From Raillietiella orientalis (taxonomy: Eukaryota): a DNA stretch of 64,000 nucleotides. The translations under genes were made by a program, and so were the position numbers. The DNA is taken from the NCBI GenBank assembly GCA_036172245.1, contig JAYWIR010000009.1, positions 2,232,001 to 2,296,000 on the forward strand. The letters are read 5' to 3'. The notes beneath the pieces were generated by a model. It had not been told where the DNA came from. It saw only the letters and a program-made list of their open reading frames with translations, and made no database searches. How positions within the stretch are numbered: position 1 is the stretch's first letter; the number at the start of each line of letters is the position of its first letter. Shown here one piece after another: positions 49,601 to 62,899 of this stretch.

Positions 49601-50657
49601 GCGCCTTCAGGCGTTCCAGATGCTTGCAACGTGGAAGGGCGGAATCATTCCAAGCCCTCCATGATCGCCGCGGCTGCGTCACGGCAATTGCTTACTTCCT
49701 GAAATCTAAACGAAGTGGTTCCAGCGTGATGGAGGGATTAGATGGTGGGTATTCTAGCGTTCAGCGTTCAGAGGGAAGCTTTTCAGGAAGACAGCTCCAG
49801 AACACGATCACCGGGTGCCAGACCGAATTCGTAGCATAAAAGCTGGGAATGGGTCTGGAGTACCCTCTTCCCTGCTTGAATAAAGAGGCGCGCGCCTGTT
49901 GCTTCCTATTTCGGCAACGGGAAAGTACGACGCTGTATCGTAGATCGACAAGTTTTGAAAAGTCATTGGAAGTGCATGCTCCTGCCTTCTTTCACCTGCA
50001 GAAGGAAGATCGGATTCTGCCTCAGAAAACTCGTGTGAGTTTAATAGATCGCTCGAGATCGTTCCTAAGCAACTCCGAATTGATCTCAATGCCAAGTTCA
50101 CGAGCTCCAAGTTAACAGTCATTCCTTTGGCTTCACCGGGAAGAGGGTCCGGTCGAGCTCAGAAACTTCCTAAAGGCCTTCTGTTGCACCTAATTTTCAT
50201 TCCAGCGGATATGAACCCTTTTTGACCCATGTGCTGATGTGTGGTGGTCGGTGCAAATGGTGCTGGATGGAGGAAGCAACGAAGTCCTTAAAGTCTGCCT
50301 GTCAAAATCTGGCCGAAGAAGAGATGCCTCCCTCAATCCTGCATACGGCGAGATAGTCAGGTCATGCAGCCCTTGCTGAGGTGCAGCAGTTTTCCGGAAG
50401 AACAAAACTATCAAGGTGTGGCTTGGCGAGAGAGGAGTGCATGCGAAACCGCGAAAGCAAGAACTTTAGGAACACTCGGGAAGTTGCCAAGGACGCAGTA
50501 GGCAACAGTTCTTGTTCGTCCAATTGCAAAGGACTTGAAAAAGGCCAGAATGCGGGAGCAGACGTGCGTGTCAAAGATGCGTGATGGGAGACCGTGGATG
50601 GTAGAAGGCTAGCTAAATCCGGTTGCCCGTTTGAGCATTTTTTTCCCCGTTACTTAC

Positions 50658-51117
50658 AGCGAACGTCGAGGACAACAGTGGCGCGGCTTTTCCCTACAGA
50701 ATTGGACACCTCGCAGCTGATGGCGACACTGTTCATGTCTCGATGGATGTTTGGTATCACCAGATCCGTCCTGCCATCGCTCTGAATCAGTTCTCCGTTC
50801 TTGTACCACGTGAAGGAGACGTCGCTGGGATTGGCTTCTGCGACACACCTCAGCCTCACAGTGTCCCCTTCCTTGGTTTTTTTCTTCAACCCTTGAAGAC
50901 TCACTTCTGGAGGGTAGCGGACAAATATCACGATACGCGCCAAAGGAAGGGTCGAGGAGGCTGAGTTGACGGCTTGGCACGAGAGAGCGTGGTTATGGTG
51001 CTCCCTTTTGGGCACGAACTTGAGCGAGGCTTTTGTGTTGAACCTTTTCTTGTCAGGGAGCGCCTCTGTTTCGGAGTGGGACTCCAGAATGTTCCCTCGA
51101 TGGTCCCTCCAGGTCAG
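50658..51117 (-). CDS. kirre: Kirre-like gene, Ig2 end / Ig3 exon
   Basis: LTWRDHRGNILES..LPDKKRFNTKASLKFVPKREHHNHALSCQAVN...VRYPPEV...LRCVAEANPSDVSFTWYKN...ISCEVSNSVGKS; cttccag| and |gtaagt; phase 0-1. Confidence 0.95.
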
Positions 51118-51299
51118 CTGGAAGCGAAAAGGAAAAACATGAAGTTTTCAAAGCGCGTTTTCTTCCAGAAGGCAACATCCACTCATCCATCCCATCCAAT
51201 CGAAAAACATCACCAACGGCAACGCTGGCATTCCGGTGCCAGAGTTCTTGCCGAGGAAGCAGCCCATTCTGAAAGAGGGAGACTTGCAGGGTGCAGTTG

Positions 51300-51700
51300 A
51301 GCGCAAATTCCACCCGAACAACTTCTGCCGAGAAGATCATCAAGCTGGATGACCCTCCCGCTTCGGTCATTCCTGATGGGCACTCACTGACGGAGACGCG
51401 CGAGTTCCTTGGTCGGTGAACCGACGCCGGGGAAACCGGAAATGATCCTGCGAAATTGCGACGATGCGATTCCGGAAAAGGAAAGCGACCCTCAAGCGTC
51501 CAGGCTGCTGTTGCTGCTGACTCCGTCTCAACGTTCTTCTCGACTTTCGGTGTTTCCGTGGAAGAACGCTGACGGCTGGGTAAAGTAACGCGTAGGGTGG
51601 GTGTGCAAGAGAACGAAGGAAAGTGAAAGTCCAGGGCTGCCGCGTCTGCGCGCTTGGTCGTTTCGCAGCCAAAAATGGGTTCGTTTGCAAGATGAGGAAA
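51300..51700 (-). mobile_element. Ty3/gypsy integrase core remnant, intronic
   Basis: ORF 51367..51690: QPWTFTF and HFRFPRRRFTDQGT (cf. RPW..V..D and RFGxPxxIxTDQG). Confidence 0.45.
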
Positions 51701-52992
51701 TGTATTCCTCTTGAAAAGCAGCGGCAAGGAAGAGACCAAATGGACCTTCAGCAAGTGGATGCAGCTTCAAAGCAGAGCGAAACCACAGGTGCCCTGGGAT
51801 TGCGTCCATTCCGAAGAAAATTTCAGCGCGCTGCCATCACGAAAGTGCCAGAGGCAGTCCATCAAAGGAAACATGGAGAGCATTTGCGGGCTGAAGAAAT
51901 GCTAAATTCTTGCAGTTACCCCGGCGACCAGTCCGGGGCAAGAATCTTCCTGCCGTCGCTCATGCCTGCTGCTGAGGTGTTCTGCTCGAAGAAGCCGTTT
52001 GCGGAGGAGTCCGTACGGAACGGCGAGCGAAGACTTCGAAACTGCTCTCATCAAAGAAAGAAAGGAGGAAAGGAGGAACACCGCCTGTGGGGGATGAGAT
52101 CCAGTTCAAGGGAGTGGCTGCGCTATCAAGTTAATCGGCTCGTGAATTCATAATTAGCAGCCAAAGCAGCCATCAAGAGGGCACAGAGCACCCATTCGCT
52201 TCCGAGCCGCTACTTCATAAAGTTGATGACTGTTCACGACCAGGATAGGTGGAAAGTGGAGTCCTCAGGCAGATGGGGCACAATGTGGATGGAGCTGAAT
52301 GAAGCAACAACGTGGGAACCTACTCTTACTCAGCTGAAGACGTCCGCTCGTGCATCCCCCAAAGCGGAAAATAAAGCCGCAGCAGCCACAGAGCGGGTGC
52401 ATCTGCATCCAGCATGCAGGTGGCCTTCTTTAACTACACAGCTCGAAGGACCAAGGAACTCGGATAGGATAACACCCTCAGGGACAATCACGGGAGAGGG
52501 AGGAAGAAACGACCGCTGCCTATCACCTGAAGACGCGAGGCTGGAGCCCGCAACATGCAAAGAATGAGGACAGGACGAACAGATGTCCGGTTCGCAATGC
52601 TGGGACGGTGCAGGAGGAGTCCTCATCCCCGTAAGGCGCGCGAGTCGCGACCCTGCCCTGAGAGAGAGCTCGCGCGTGCCTGCGAAACCTCCGTGGCTGA
52701 AATCAGGCCGGACGGGTGGCAAGGGCGACCGCTCCAAAGAACGGCACACTCGGGGACGCTCTCGAAGAATCGGTAGGGCTGGGGGGAAGTCGGCCCGGCT
52801 GGCGGGGGGGCATCCTTGCCGCGGAGCGCCCGCTCCGGTCGCCTGGGAAACGGGCCGAGGAGCTCAGGGCGGCGTCCTGGCGGAAGGTGCGCACGCTCCC
52901 CTAGCATGCCTCCGCTGCCGCACCGAAAGGAGGGACGGAGCGGCGAGCGGAGGCGGAAGGGGAGAATCGCCAATGGCCGGCGACTCGCTCAC

Positions 52993-53222
52993 CTTGGCAG
53001 CGGGTTTTGCCTCGCGCGCTATGCAATCCAGGCTGACCACCTCCCCCGCAGTGCTCTGGACGTACGATCCTTGGATGATTTCCGGCATGCTGGGCGGGAT
53101 CAGGACGGACAGCTTCGCGTTCCTCGAGCGGACACCTGGGGCGTTTTCGAACTGCCCGATCTGGCACTGGAATTCCGCGTCGTCTTCCAGGACGATCTGT
53201 TCGATTCGCAGGGAGTAATCAT
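52993..53222 (-). CDS. kirre: Kirre-like gene, Ig1 end / Ig2 start exon
   Basis: DYSLRIEQIVLEDDAEFQCQIG..PGVRSRNAKLSVLIPPSMPEIIQG...LDCIAREAKPAAK; cttgtag| and |gtgagc; phase 1-0. Confidence 0.95.
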
Positions 53223-53849
53223 CTACAAGCAAACAGACAGACAAAAAGGGAGGGAGGTAGGAAGGGGGATAGAAGGAGGAAGGGGGGGGGGGAGAGGGGC
53301 GGAAAAGGACGCAAACGAGACGCTTTCGCCGTCCGCGTGCTCTGTGAGCTGACTGGTCGCCGCCAGTCGATGCAGCAGCAGCGGTGCTCTTCGCCTATGT
53401 CCTGCGTTCCTCCCGAGAGCTTCCGCATCCTCGAGCACTTTCCTGCAGGCAACGGACGCTGACTGATGCCTGCGACCCGCCAAGTCTGGAGCTGGCCGGA
53501 TCCGTGTTCGGGAGTGGTTCCCGCCAGTTGCCTTCGGGTGGTGCGACTCTTCCTTCCTCCGTGGGATGCAGGCAGCACGTGGGCGGAGGAGAGGGGGAGA
53601 CAGAGGGAGGAAGAAAGAGCTACGAAGATTCGTCCTGCTCCTCCTTCTCTTCGTGGCCTCCCGATGTTCCCTCGTGGCGCGCGCAGGCGCGCTACGTGAT
53701 TTGTGGGATGCAGGGACCCTTCCTCCTGCTCCTCTGCCGCCGCCGCCATGCTCCGGACTCGGGGAGCTTCGTGAATCCATGGCAGCGACGCGCGCGCCCC
53801 TCGAAGGCGGCAGACCGTCGCGGTGCGACAGCCCGCGAGACGAAGGAAT

Positions 53850-54750
53850 CCCGGAAGGATGCTTTCGCGTCGTGAGCGGCCAATTCCTGGACGAGAGGGA
53901 AAAAATCTGCAGGGCTCAGCAGATCTCCACAGGTCCGGGCAGCTGGAGACAGTCCCCTTGGGGGGGATTCAAGCAGTGGACACGCCGGTGTTCCGGCTCA
54001 GGGCTCGCATTCCGCGAGCGCATAGACTGACTTCTTGCTCGAGTCCTTGATCCACAGTGGGTCTTCTTCTTGCTGGAACCTATAACTACAGTAGATCCTC
54101 TTGAACTGGGTCCTGCTGAGTCTCCTAAGTCTTGCATCCCCTTTTCCTTTCACCGAAGGGAACTGCACATGCAAGACGACCATCGGGAGCACAGAATGAA
54201 CCTCCTGCAGGGTGAGCGCTTGAAAGCCGGCTTTGCTGATATCACGCTGCTCTCCCGCCACTATGCCGGACTGGTTGAGGACCAGCTTTAAGCCTCTCGG
54301 TGTCTATTTTTGGGCTGTATCATTGAGAGCCACACGGATCGCCCGCGCTGGCTACGAGTCGGGAAACGGGACCTGAGGCGGTTTCAAGCCGCTTGCCCCG
54401 TGTCGTCGTCAGAGCGGTACAAGCAAGATGGCGAGGGAGCAGCGACGAATGCTGGTTGGATCGCTGCAGGTATTGGTGCAAGATGCGCCATGAGTAAGAA
54501 CGCCCCAGAAGGCGGCGCCATCACTATTGGATCCATCTGGGCACCGCAGTGTTTCCGGATGAACAAGCAAAGTCGGATGCTGGGGCTCCTTACTGGCTGA
54601 ACTCCCCGTCTGACCTCGGCCAGCTTTGCAGGCGAAAGCGGGAGTGAAAGAGGACGGGAGGGAACTTTCCAGGTTACGGACGCGCAGCTCCAGAAACCGA
54701 TGTAGTCGAATTTCTCCCCGAAGGCACGTCAACTGCTCCTCCGATGGCAC
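53850..54750 (-). mobile_element. Ty3/gypsy RNase H to integrase-N remnant, intronic
   Basis: DGSNSDGAAFWGVLTH, SIRRCSLAILL (RNase H), ETQQDP and LVQELAAHD (start of HHCC), in order. Confidence 0.4.
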
Positions 54751-55182
54751 GGCAGGCCTCGATCGGATGTGTCTTTAAGCGGGAGCTTTGGAAAAACGTC
54801 TGAACCGTGCCCGGAGGCTGTTTGCGTCGAACCTTCCTGCAGATCGGACTTCCGGATTACCGCCGGGGCCTTTGCTGCTACCGCCAAGATCTGCACCGAT
54901 TATCTTGCGCCCGTATCCTGCAAAACCTCGTGCGCTTGCATCCCCCTCCCCATCTACCGAAGGGAGTTGAGCGCGCTAGACAACCAACCCTTCCCTTCCG
55001 GGCGCGCCCTCGCGACCCTGTCTCGGAAATTGGACCCATCAACCCATCTTGGGGGCGGTTGCTTTTCCTGAAAGATCCATCTAGAGACGGGGATCGCTAG
55101 CCTCCGCTTCGCAAGGACCTCCCCATTCCTCCCCCCCTTCCACCTGTCAGCTACAAGGCTCGGGGGACGAGAAAATACTAAC

Positions 55183-55426
55183 TGTGGTCCCCGGATCCTC
55201 TCATGGAGTACCGCTTGTAGTCGCTCAGCTCGCGGGACGTGCCCAACGCGAACCCGTCCTTCGTCCACTGGACGGCGCCGAGGTGGCTCTTGACCTTGCA
55301 TGGCAGCACGACGTCGCTCCCCACGAGCTTCATCTGGTCGAAGGGTTCCTCGGAAAACTCCTGGATGAACACTGGCGAACCGGGACGCCACATCATCAGC
55401 AAGACGTAGATTTGGCCGATGACCGC
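55183..55426 (-). CDS. kirre: Kirre-like gene, signal-peptide end / Ig1 start exon (first identifiable coding exon)
   Basis: AVIGQIYVLLMMWRPGSPVFIQEFSEEPFDQMKLVGSDVVLPCKV...VQWTKDGFALGTSRELSDYKRYSM (QWTKDxFxLG is a Kirre/Neph/nephrin Ig1 hallmark). Strong acceptor ccctttccatttcccttccag|, with an alternative acceptor giving exon start 55371; donor |gttagt. Confidence 0.92.
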
Positions 55427-56799
55427 CTGGAAGGGAAATGGAAAGGGTCACTAGCAGCAGCAGGGGTCATAGAAAAGCGCAAAAAAGTTCCACCGGTGTA
55501 AGCGTTGGTTCACCCGGTAGGAAAAGGGGAAGGGAGAGGAACGGCTCGGCCCGTGGAGGAATCCCGGGATCGGTGCTTGCGCCTTCTCCCGGCGGTTGCC
55601 CACCAAAGTTCCCCGCGTCCCCTATCAACGCCGCGTTTCCTTGCGAGAAAGACCGCCGCCCTTCCCTTCCCTGGACGCGCGCGGATCGATGCCGCGGAAG
55701 AGTGGGCCGTGCCCGAGCCGGGTCCGCGTTCAGCAGCGGGGCGCGGGCCGGACACTCGAAGAACGCGATCTCTTCTCCCCTCCTCATCTTCCGCCCTGTG
55801 TGACTCCGTCGCTTACGCGGTGACTCGGAGGGCTGATTCCGACACCTCTTGCTCACTCTCGCAGAATCGCCTCAGGGGAGAGGCAGCAGCAGCTACTTTT
55901 TTGTGTGTGTGCGTTTTATCGCGGTGGCGTTTCTCGTCATCCGCTGCGCGCCACGCGACTCCCCACTCGGCCCGTTCCATGCAGTCCTTCCCTCGCATCC
56001 GCGCCATCTCTGTTCATCCCCAAGCTCCGTCCCTATCTGCAACATTTTGTGCAGGTGACTCCGACCAAAAGCGAAATAAAACACAGGCGCACCCCCCCTC
56101 TTCGTTGCAGATGACCACGACTCGATCGCTCCGTTCTCTTCGTGGATCCAGCGAGGGCCACCGGATGGCTGCCGTACATTCTGGAGATGCTTTGCTTCTG
56201 GTTACCAGAGCGCGAAGGCGCGCGAGTTCGATCCTTCAACACTTTCTACGGGTCACCTCTTGCTCAAAAGACGGCCTTTTGCAACCTTTCCCATACGTGA
56301 CATCTTGCCCACAGGCGAGTGCGGAGGAGCTCAACTTTCAAGCGAGGCCGAAACCATGCGCGGCTTCCTCACCTCGAATTGACCGCCCGGCCTCTCGATC
56401 TTTGCTTCTTCGATCTTTCCTCCGTCCCCTGAAAACTGAGCTTAAGAGCGGGTGACCTTCGGTCAAAGAGGCCTTTTGATGTTGCCAGAAACTCTTTAGT
56501 AAACCTCTGGACACTTCCGCGATACCAGACACGAGCATCGACGGACGAAACCGATTTCCCCTGGCGTGAGATCGGATCCACTAGTACCGCCCTTGGTCTG
56601 TTTGGGGATCCAGGAGACCCTCGGCGTGCGGTGCCCACGCCCCATCCGTTCCTCAGCTCGAGTGCTTCTTTCGGCTGTTTACCGCTCTCAGATGGTTGTT
56701 TTTCATTTTTTACCTTTCGACCTCATGGGGAAAAAAAAAAAACAGTGCCAATAATAGATCATGAAGACGTCGAAGTCCCTTCCCCAGCAGTAAATCAGG

Positions 56800-57520
56800 A
56801 ACCGTCTCCCGTAGAATTTCGGTTCCTCGGCTGAATATTTTGGCTGCCTGGTCTTCTCGTCTCTGTGAAAACCCTTAATCTTCGCGACGGGGTGCAAGTG
56901 TTTAACATTGAGGATGCTGAGCCTCCCTGTAAACCGCAAGCCTCTCCATGCTGAACCGCATTCTTCTAGAATTCTTCGAGCCGCTCGACTGATAGAACGT
57001 TCCTGACGGGAGACCGGAGCGAAACTTCCGGCTCCATCGCAGCACGGAAGGTGGCGAGGGAGGCAGTTTGCTAGCTGATCCTTGTCCAATCCCCACACGT
57101 TGCATCTGTACATGTCAAGCCAGCTTAGGGATGTGGTTCTGCACGGCAGTGTGCAGGAACACATGGTGCAAGGAGGAAAGTTCTTTATGGAGCCGCAGTG
57201 CGTGACGCTGCTCTTCGCCCAGTGGATCCTGAGAGCGCTTTCGAGTCGGGGTCGGATTTCGGACACCTCCAGACTCACTGCGCCTGTTTCTTTGTGTTTT
57301 GGAAGCTCAGCTATCCGTGAAGCACCCTTCGGACGGCTGGCGCTGGTTGCCGTGGCAGCGTGGTGCATGGACGCCGCCTCACGGAATGGCGGGAGGCTGC
57401 GAAGAGGCGTCCAGAGCACATGGAACGGAAGCGCACATTTTTGAATTTTTTTCACTGCCTGCGTAGAAAGTACACAGTGGGGCGAATACGTGTACAGGAG
57501 TTTGCGTGTTTCCGACATTC
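56800..57520 (-). mobile_element. Ty3/gypsy RT remnant
   Basis: ORF 56703..57518: SETRKLLYTYSPH (cf. ESRKLTTFxTPxG), IHWAKS (cf. LNxxKC) and SLSWLDMY (cf. LRSFLGM). Confidence 0.35.
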
Positions 57521-58999
57521 GCTGTGATTTCGGTCAGGAAAGTTATCGGACCTCGGGACGAGAGACCACTGAGGAGGAAGGAGCATCTGAATTTGACGGA
57601 CGCTTCGTGCACTACTAACTCGAACCGACCTAGCCGGAGGCTCTCGGGGCAACGAATCGCACTTCAAACTGCACGCACAGGTTGGGTGAGGAAAGTGAGA
57701 GCATCGTGTTTTTCGGAAGCAACGAAGTGTTCCTCGGATAAGGGATTCGGAGCAGGAATCTGCGTAGGGCTTTTCGGATCCGGCAGGATTTCGAAAGCAG
57801 AATGCGCATCCTGGACGCTCTTCTCCTGACTTCGCTTGCAGGATCGACTGCACGCTTCCCTGCTACGCAGGAAAGTGGTTCATCTTCATGTTGTCCTTAC
57901 GGTGCCGTGTGTTTGCATCCGTAATAGCTTTTGGGTTTGCATCCGAAGCGTTCTATTTTTAGAGCCCCGACGAACGTGGAACGAAAGTCAGCTGACTGTC
58001 TTTCCACCGCGAGACAGGCAGTGATGCACTTGGAAATTCATCTCCGGTTCTGCAGCTTTATGAAAATAATCAAGTGACGTGCATCACCATCGGGCCGGCA
58101 GGCGCGGAAGGGCAAACTTTGGTGGCACGGGAAACGCTCCCCCTCCCTTCCCCCCCATCCTCAAACTTGGCATCGCTCACTGAAACTCTTTGGTTCAGTA
58201 AAGTGTGAAAAGCACGATGCCAGATGTTGTCATCGTGTTTTTTGGGGGATGGGAAACGTGCTGCCGTTAAACTTTGCAGCGCGGGGAAACTTTGCAGGCC
58301 TGGAGAACTTTGATGAAAATAGCACCTCCAAGAATTATTATCCACGCTGCACGAGGAAGAAGATTTTAGAAACAAAGGCTCCTTGCAGCTTCACGGGGAG
58401 TCCACGGGAGCGGCGCGTTGTCGGCGTGCACGGAGCTGCACGGGAGATTCACACGCACGCGGCACTCTCCCGCACCTGCGCAGATGCGGTCCACTTCGCC
58501 TCTTTCGGCCTCCTCCTTCGCAACCGGTTCCTCCGCGCAGGCCGTCGTTCCCTCAAACGCTTGGGATGACAACTCCGAAGATGACGGCAGCGTCTGTGCC
58601 TCGTTCGCGTTCACGTCGACGGAAGCAAAAGCACGGAGCCTCCGCAGCAACCGTGAATGAGTCTGTCCAGAGGCCGTTTCTAATCCACCTGCAGCGAGCG
58701 CGTGCAGGACACGCCACCATCACTCCTTCCACGCCGAGTCGAGAGTTAATCAAACTTTCACACCAATCTTCATGCCAGCAGGACTGTTTGCATGTAAAGC
58801 ATGTGATATAATTTATGTGACAGTCAATGTCTGGTCGCTGCACTGAAATGCCAGGGATCGCCAAGGCGAGCGGTTGCCCGTGGATGCATTCCGCTAAAAG
58901 CACGAATGCCAGATGCACTATTTCAGGAGAGCACGGCCTTAAATATCCTTCTGGATGTGAGGGAAAGACATTTCCGAATCCTGCACGAGGAAATCGCTT

Positions 59000-61900
59000 T
59001 GAGTTAGGAAGATGCTAATGATTGGGAGACACGGTCAAAGCTCAGCGAGGCACTCCGTAGAACCAAATCAAATTAAAAATAGGTACACAGATCCAAGCAT
59101 CCAAGATGCGGCATCCTCATAAATTCCACGCACCTTGATATCATCCCTCAAAGCAGTTTCCGAGCAGGAAGTCATAAAGGAGCGAAGATTTTTCTCATTT
59201 TTAATTCGCTTTAAGGTGGCACCTATCGTCCGTGGGAACCCCGTTACCATGGGGAACAACGGGAGCGCTTCCCTAGCAGTGATAGGATAATTCTGGCGCG
59301 GAGAGAAGGGATCAATCCCCTTTCCGGGAGCGACGGTTTCGAATCTCGTGCTAATTTACATGCTAATAATTTCTGGTGTACTCGCATTGATATTCGGTCA
59401 CCGATAGCAGCCATTTTCCCGACATGTGACTCGTCGCTCCTCTCATCTATTTTTCGAGTGCTCAAATTTACCTACAGCATTGGAGATAGAAGAACACTCT
59501 TCGTCTCGAGAAGCACACTTTCGCAAGCGAAACTGCTCGTTGTACATGTACACTGTACTCAAGTGCGTGGGAGCTGCAGAGGTTTCCTTGTCCGAAGGAA
59601 CCCTACATCGATTTTGCTGCTGGATACTTGGGATTCGCTCTGAATTGCTTTATTGTTTTTAGGACATGAGGTTTGTGTATCACTTCATTCCTTCATCCGC
59701 ACTGCCGCGGTCCATCTTGAAAGAATTTTGTTTTCTCCCGCGTGCCTTCTATTTGAGCACAACCGCAGTGTGCTTTCCCGAGCCACATACGCCCGACATC
59801 GTGCTGTCGTGATTTGCTTAATGGAAAGGCTTTTTTTTTTTTTTTTTTTTTTGGCATCCGAGAGGAAGTCAGGTTTTTCTTTATGGTATCAGCAGGCTCG
59901 TTTATTCACACTTTCTCGCTGCTTCCTGGTGTCTCAGAGATTTTGCCTTCAGCAGACGTTCATTTTAATAACCCCAATACCGGTAATTTATCATCGCTGC
60001 TTCCCCTATTCCCTTTTTTTTTTTTCTCCAGGGCTGCTGTGGGGGCCGGACATACTGGCGAAGCAACTTGGGTGCATCTCGTCTGCTCTGCCGGAAGCGC
60101 CGAAGGTTTCGCGAAATTGGTTGCAGGAACGGGTTCCAAGTCATCAATAAAGGCGAGTTAAGAGTACCATTTTCGACGATAGGCAGTGGTCCGAACGGTA
60201 GGCCGGAAAGGGTGCCAAAGGAGACGATTCACCTAAAGTTCCCTGTGGGAAATACTTAAGGCCATAAAGAAAGAGCTAAGCGCGCACGAGGGGGAGGAAG
60301 CAGAGAGGAGCAAGGTGAACCTTTTGGGTTCCTCCAGGTATATCACGCATGCCTTACATGCAGATAAGAGACGTGCAAAAGGCACGCTCCTGCGGGTGAC
60401 TGAAAACTGCCTTCTTCCCTCAGCTCTTTCGTTCCAGGATTTCATTTTCGCGCTGACCTTGCCTTTACTGGAAGGGAAGCAAGAATTGGCAGCAGGCTGT
60501 TTGTTTCTGGGAAGAGAGGCTCGACCGATTCAAACATTCGTGCCCAGAGTCCAGTAGCAAAACTTTTCACGGCCAGTCATCACAGCCGTGCGGTGGGAAA
60601 TATCTGCTTCCCCCTGTATCTGTCCTGGACCGAAGGTAGGATGAGGAACGACGCTTTGCTTCCTCGAGTAAAATCTCACTCGGCGTCGAAAATTCCTCTG
60701 CGGCGTACGTGCGAAAACGGTGGGAGAAACGGTAGGCGCTCTCTCTCTTATGCACTCTTCAACCAACGTGTGCTTCCCGATGAAGGTCCACAGTGGTGTC
60801 GCCTTCCTGGAGCAGCATATTCTCGGAGCGATTTCCAGTTTCCGCGACTGCTCCGAAAGTCGGTTTTCCTCCCAACAGTGGGAGGACCTCAGCGGACCTC
60901 AACATAATTAGCCGAAGCATTCCCGAAATCCGTTTTCCAGCAGGCATTCCACGTTGATGTCTTACGCCCAGGGGCCATGATTGCAGCTTATTAGCGATTT
61001 CCCTTTACTCGAAGCAAGCAATGTCCTCTTCTCGGGAAGCCTTTCACCCTTATTCCTCCGAGCTGCGGTCTCCGGGACTGCCAAGGCGGAGGACGCGCGG
61101 GCTGTGGTCAGCTCTGGTGGAACAGAACGCTCCAAGTGGGAACCCAAGGAATCTCAGCCCGTATCGCAGCGTGCTCCGTCGGCATGTTTCTGGCTCCGCG
61201 AATCGGTTGCCGCTTCCTCTCTCACGAGGATCAGCCCAGACTCACGGGTGAGCAGGTCTTCCCCCCACATTCTGGTTATGCCCCAATAACACAAGGTACA
61301 CAGGGTTCCTCCTCCCCCCGCGAATACGAGGAATGCAAGTTCTGTTTTCACAGGTTGCGGACCTCCACAATTTCTCTAGTCGACTGCACGAGCAAATAAA
61401 CCATCAGGAAGGAACTCTGGGAGCAGATGATCTGGTAGAATACGCGAGCATCAAGAAGCCAATAAATCAAGGTCTTGGTTTTCTAAGAAAGAAGCTGTTC
61501 CCATCGTCCCCCCCTCCCCCGAAACTTTGGACCAATACGGGGCGAGCGTGAGCTGGCTTTGCCTCCGTCATCACATCAGAGTAGTCACGTGTCAAAGAGC
61601 TCACTCGATTTTAAAACACTGTTTTTCCTGCTCTTAGACCGCTGCGAAGTGCCCACATGTGAAAGTGTTCTTTCACCTCGTTTCTTCGCGACAGCCTACT
61701 CGACTCTTGCAGCTCTTGCTGAAGATTCTGTGCGTGCGTGACCTCTTGGATGAGCTTAGTGTCACTGTCACCTCTGCTGGCTTCCGCAACCTGAGTGTTT
61801 TTTTGTGCTTCTTCCTGTGCACGGAATCCGCACTGACCTTCCATCCTAAGAAATGCCCTCGCAAAGACGGAGAAGGATTCAGCTTTGCTGGAGGGCGCGG

Positions 61901-62050
61901 AATGCCTACCAAGATAACGTGCCAATGGGAAGGGTATTGCTGTGCTCAGCAACCACAACGGAAACAGTTAGCGCAGCCGTTTTCTGCCGACTTGATGAAC
62001 TTCCAGCCCACGAGACTCACATAAATTCAAAGCTTCTTCTATCCTTTCAC
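59000..62050 (-). mobile_element. Degenerate Ty3/gypsy element (gag, RT, RNase H, integrase)
   Basis: KTELAF near 61340 and GERLPEKR near 61040 (RT), RVRFYSRKQS near 60670 (cf. PVAFYSRKL), and SAPVVPHGNG near 59255 (cf. SxPYxPxxNG), in gypsy order. Confidence 0.45.
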
Positions 62051-62089
62051 TCCCCAGCTAGTCCTCTCTAAAACACCCGCAATCTACTT

Positions 62090-62760
62090 GCACTTCGATG
62101 CAGAGCGGTTCGACCAGTTCAATATTAGACAGAGTTTGGTTGTTGCTTACCCTCAGCAACTAACAGCCTTCCACGATGGGAGTGAACTCCAATAGCCCAA
62201 GCACCTACAAATACATCTACATCTGTTATGCCTATTTATTTTGCATAGCAGATGATGTAGTCCATTTTTCTTGCGCTGCTGGACTTCTGCTCCTGCCTCC
62301 ACCATTCAGTCTTTTGAACACCCCAGTGCACTGTATTCGAGGATCTTAAAACATCCTGCCAAGTCGAGTCACGCATCCTCATCTGGGTCAACGTGACCCC
62401 TTCGTTTCTTGCAGCTATCCACGAACAGAATCCGGAGCCCCAGTGCTGAGCTTTTTCGTTTATCAAACATTTTTCAAACACATCCTTGCCAAATTATTTC
62501 GCTTATTCACCTATTTGGCAGGATTTATCCGTCCATTTCTACTCGGACTTATCCTTAACATGTACATCCCCACCCTCCCAAATCCTGAAATTAAGTAGAG
62601 CATGCAAGTGCATCGCGAACAAGGCAGGGAACGACCATTACTGCGGGCATCCTAAAAGAAGTGCACCGATTTTACACACGTCTGGCATCATCATCAAGTG
62701 CCGTTATGATGGCATCATTAAATGTCATTATAATAAACAACGCCACGTTGAGTATTGAAT
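62090..62760 (-). mobile_element. Ty3/gypsy RNase H / integrase HHCC remnant
   Basis: ORF 62236..62481: VLRSSNTVHWGVQKT (cf. ILxxxHxxHxGxxKT). Confidence 0.4.
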
Positions 62761-62899
62761 AGATGCGTACATGCAGCCAATCCAAAGGTGGCTTCTAACG
62801 CGTGCCTCTGGTTGTTCGCGAAAGTGAAAGTTCGCTCTTCGATTGCTTCATGCAGCTCCCCTTAGCAGCTATGTGAGCTTCTGCGGAGGGTTCCCCATG

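Noticed and set aside
55428..55462. Signal-peptide-like LLLLVTLSISLP as the kirre first exon
   Set aside because: The adjacent ATG is out of frame with an in-frame stop just before; better explained as the polypyrimidine tract of the 55426 acceptor.
55505..56455. 316-aa plus-strand ORF upstream of kirre
   Set aside because: Low-complexity composition in GC-rich DNA, no motif, and many overlapping ORFs in other frames.
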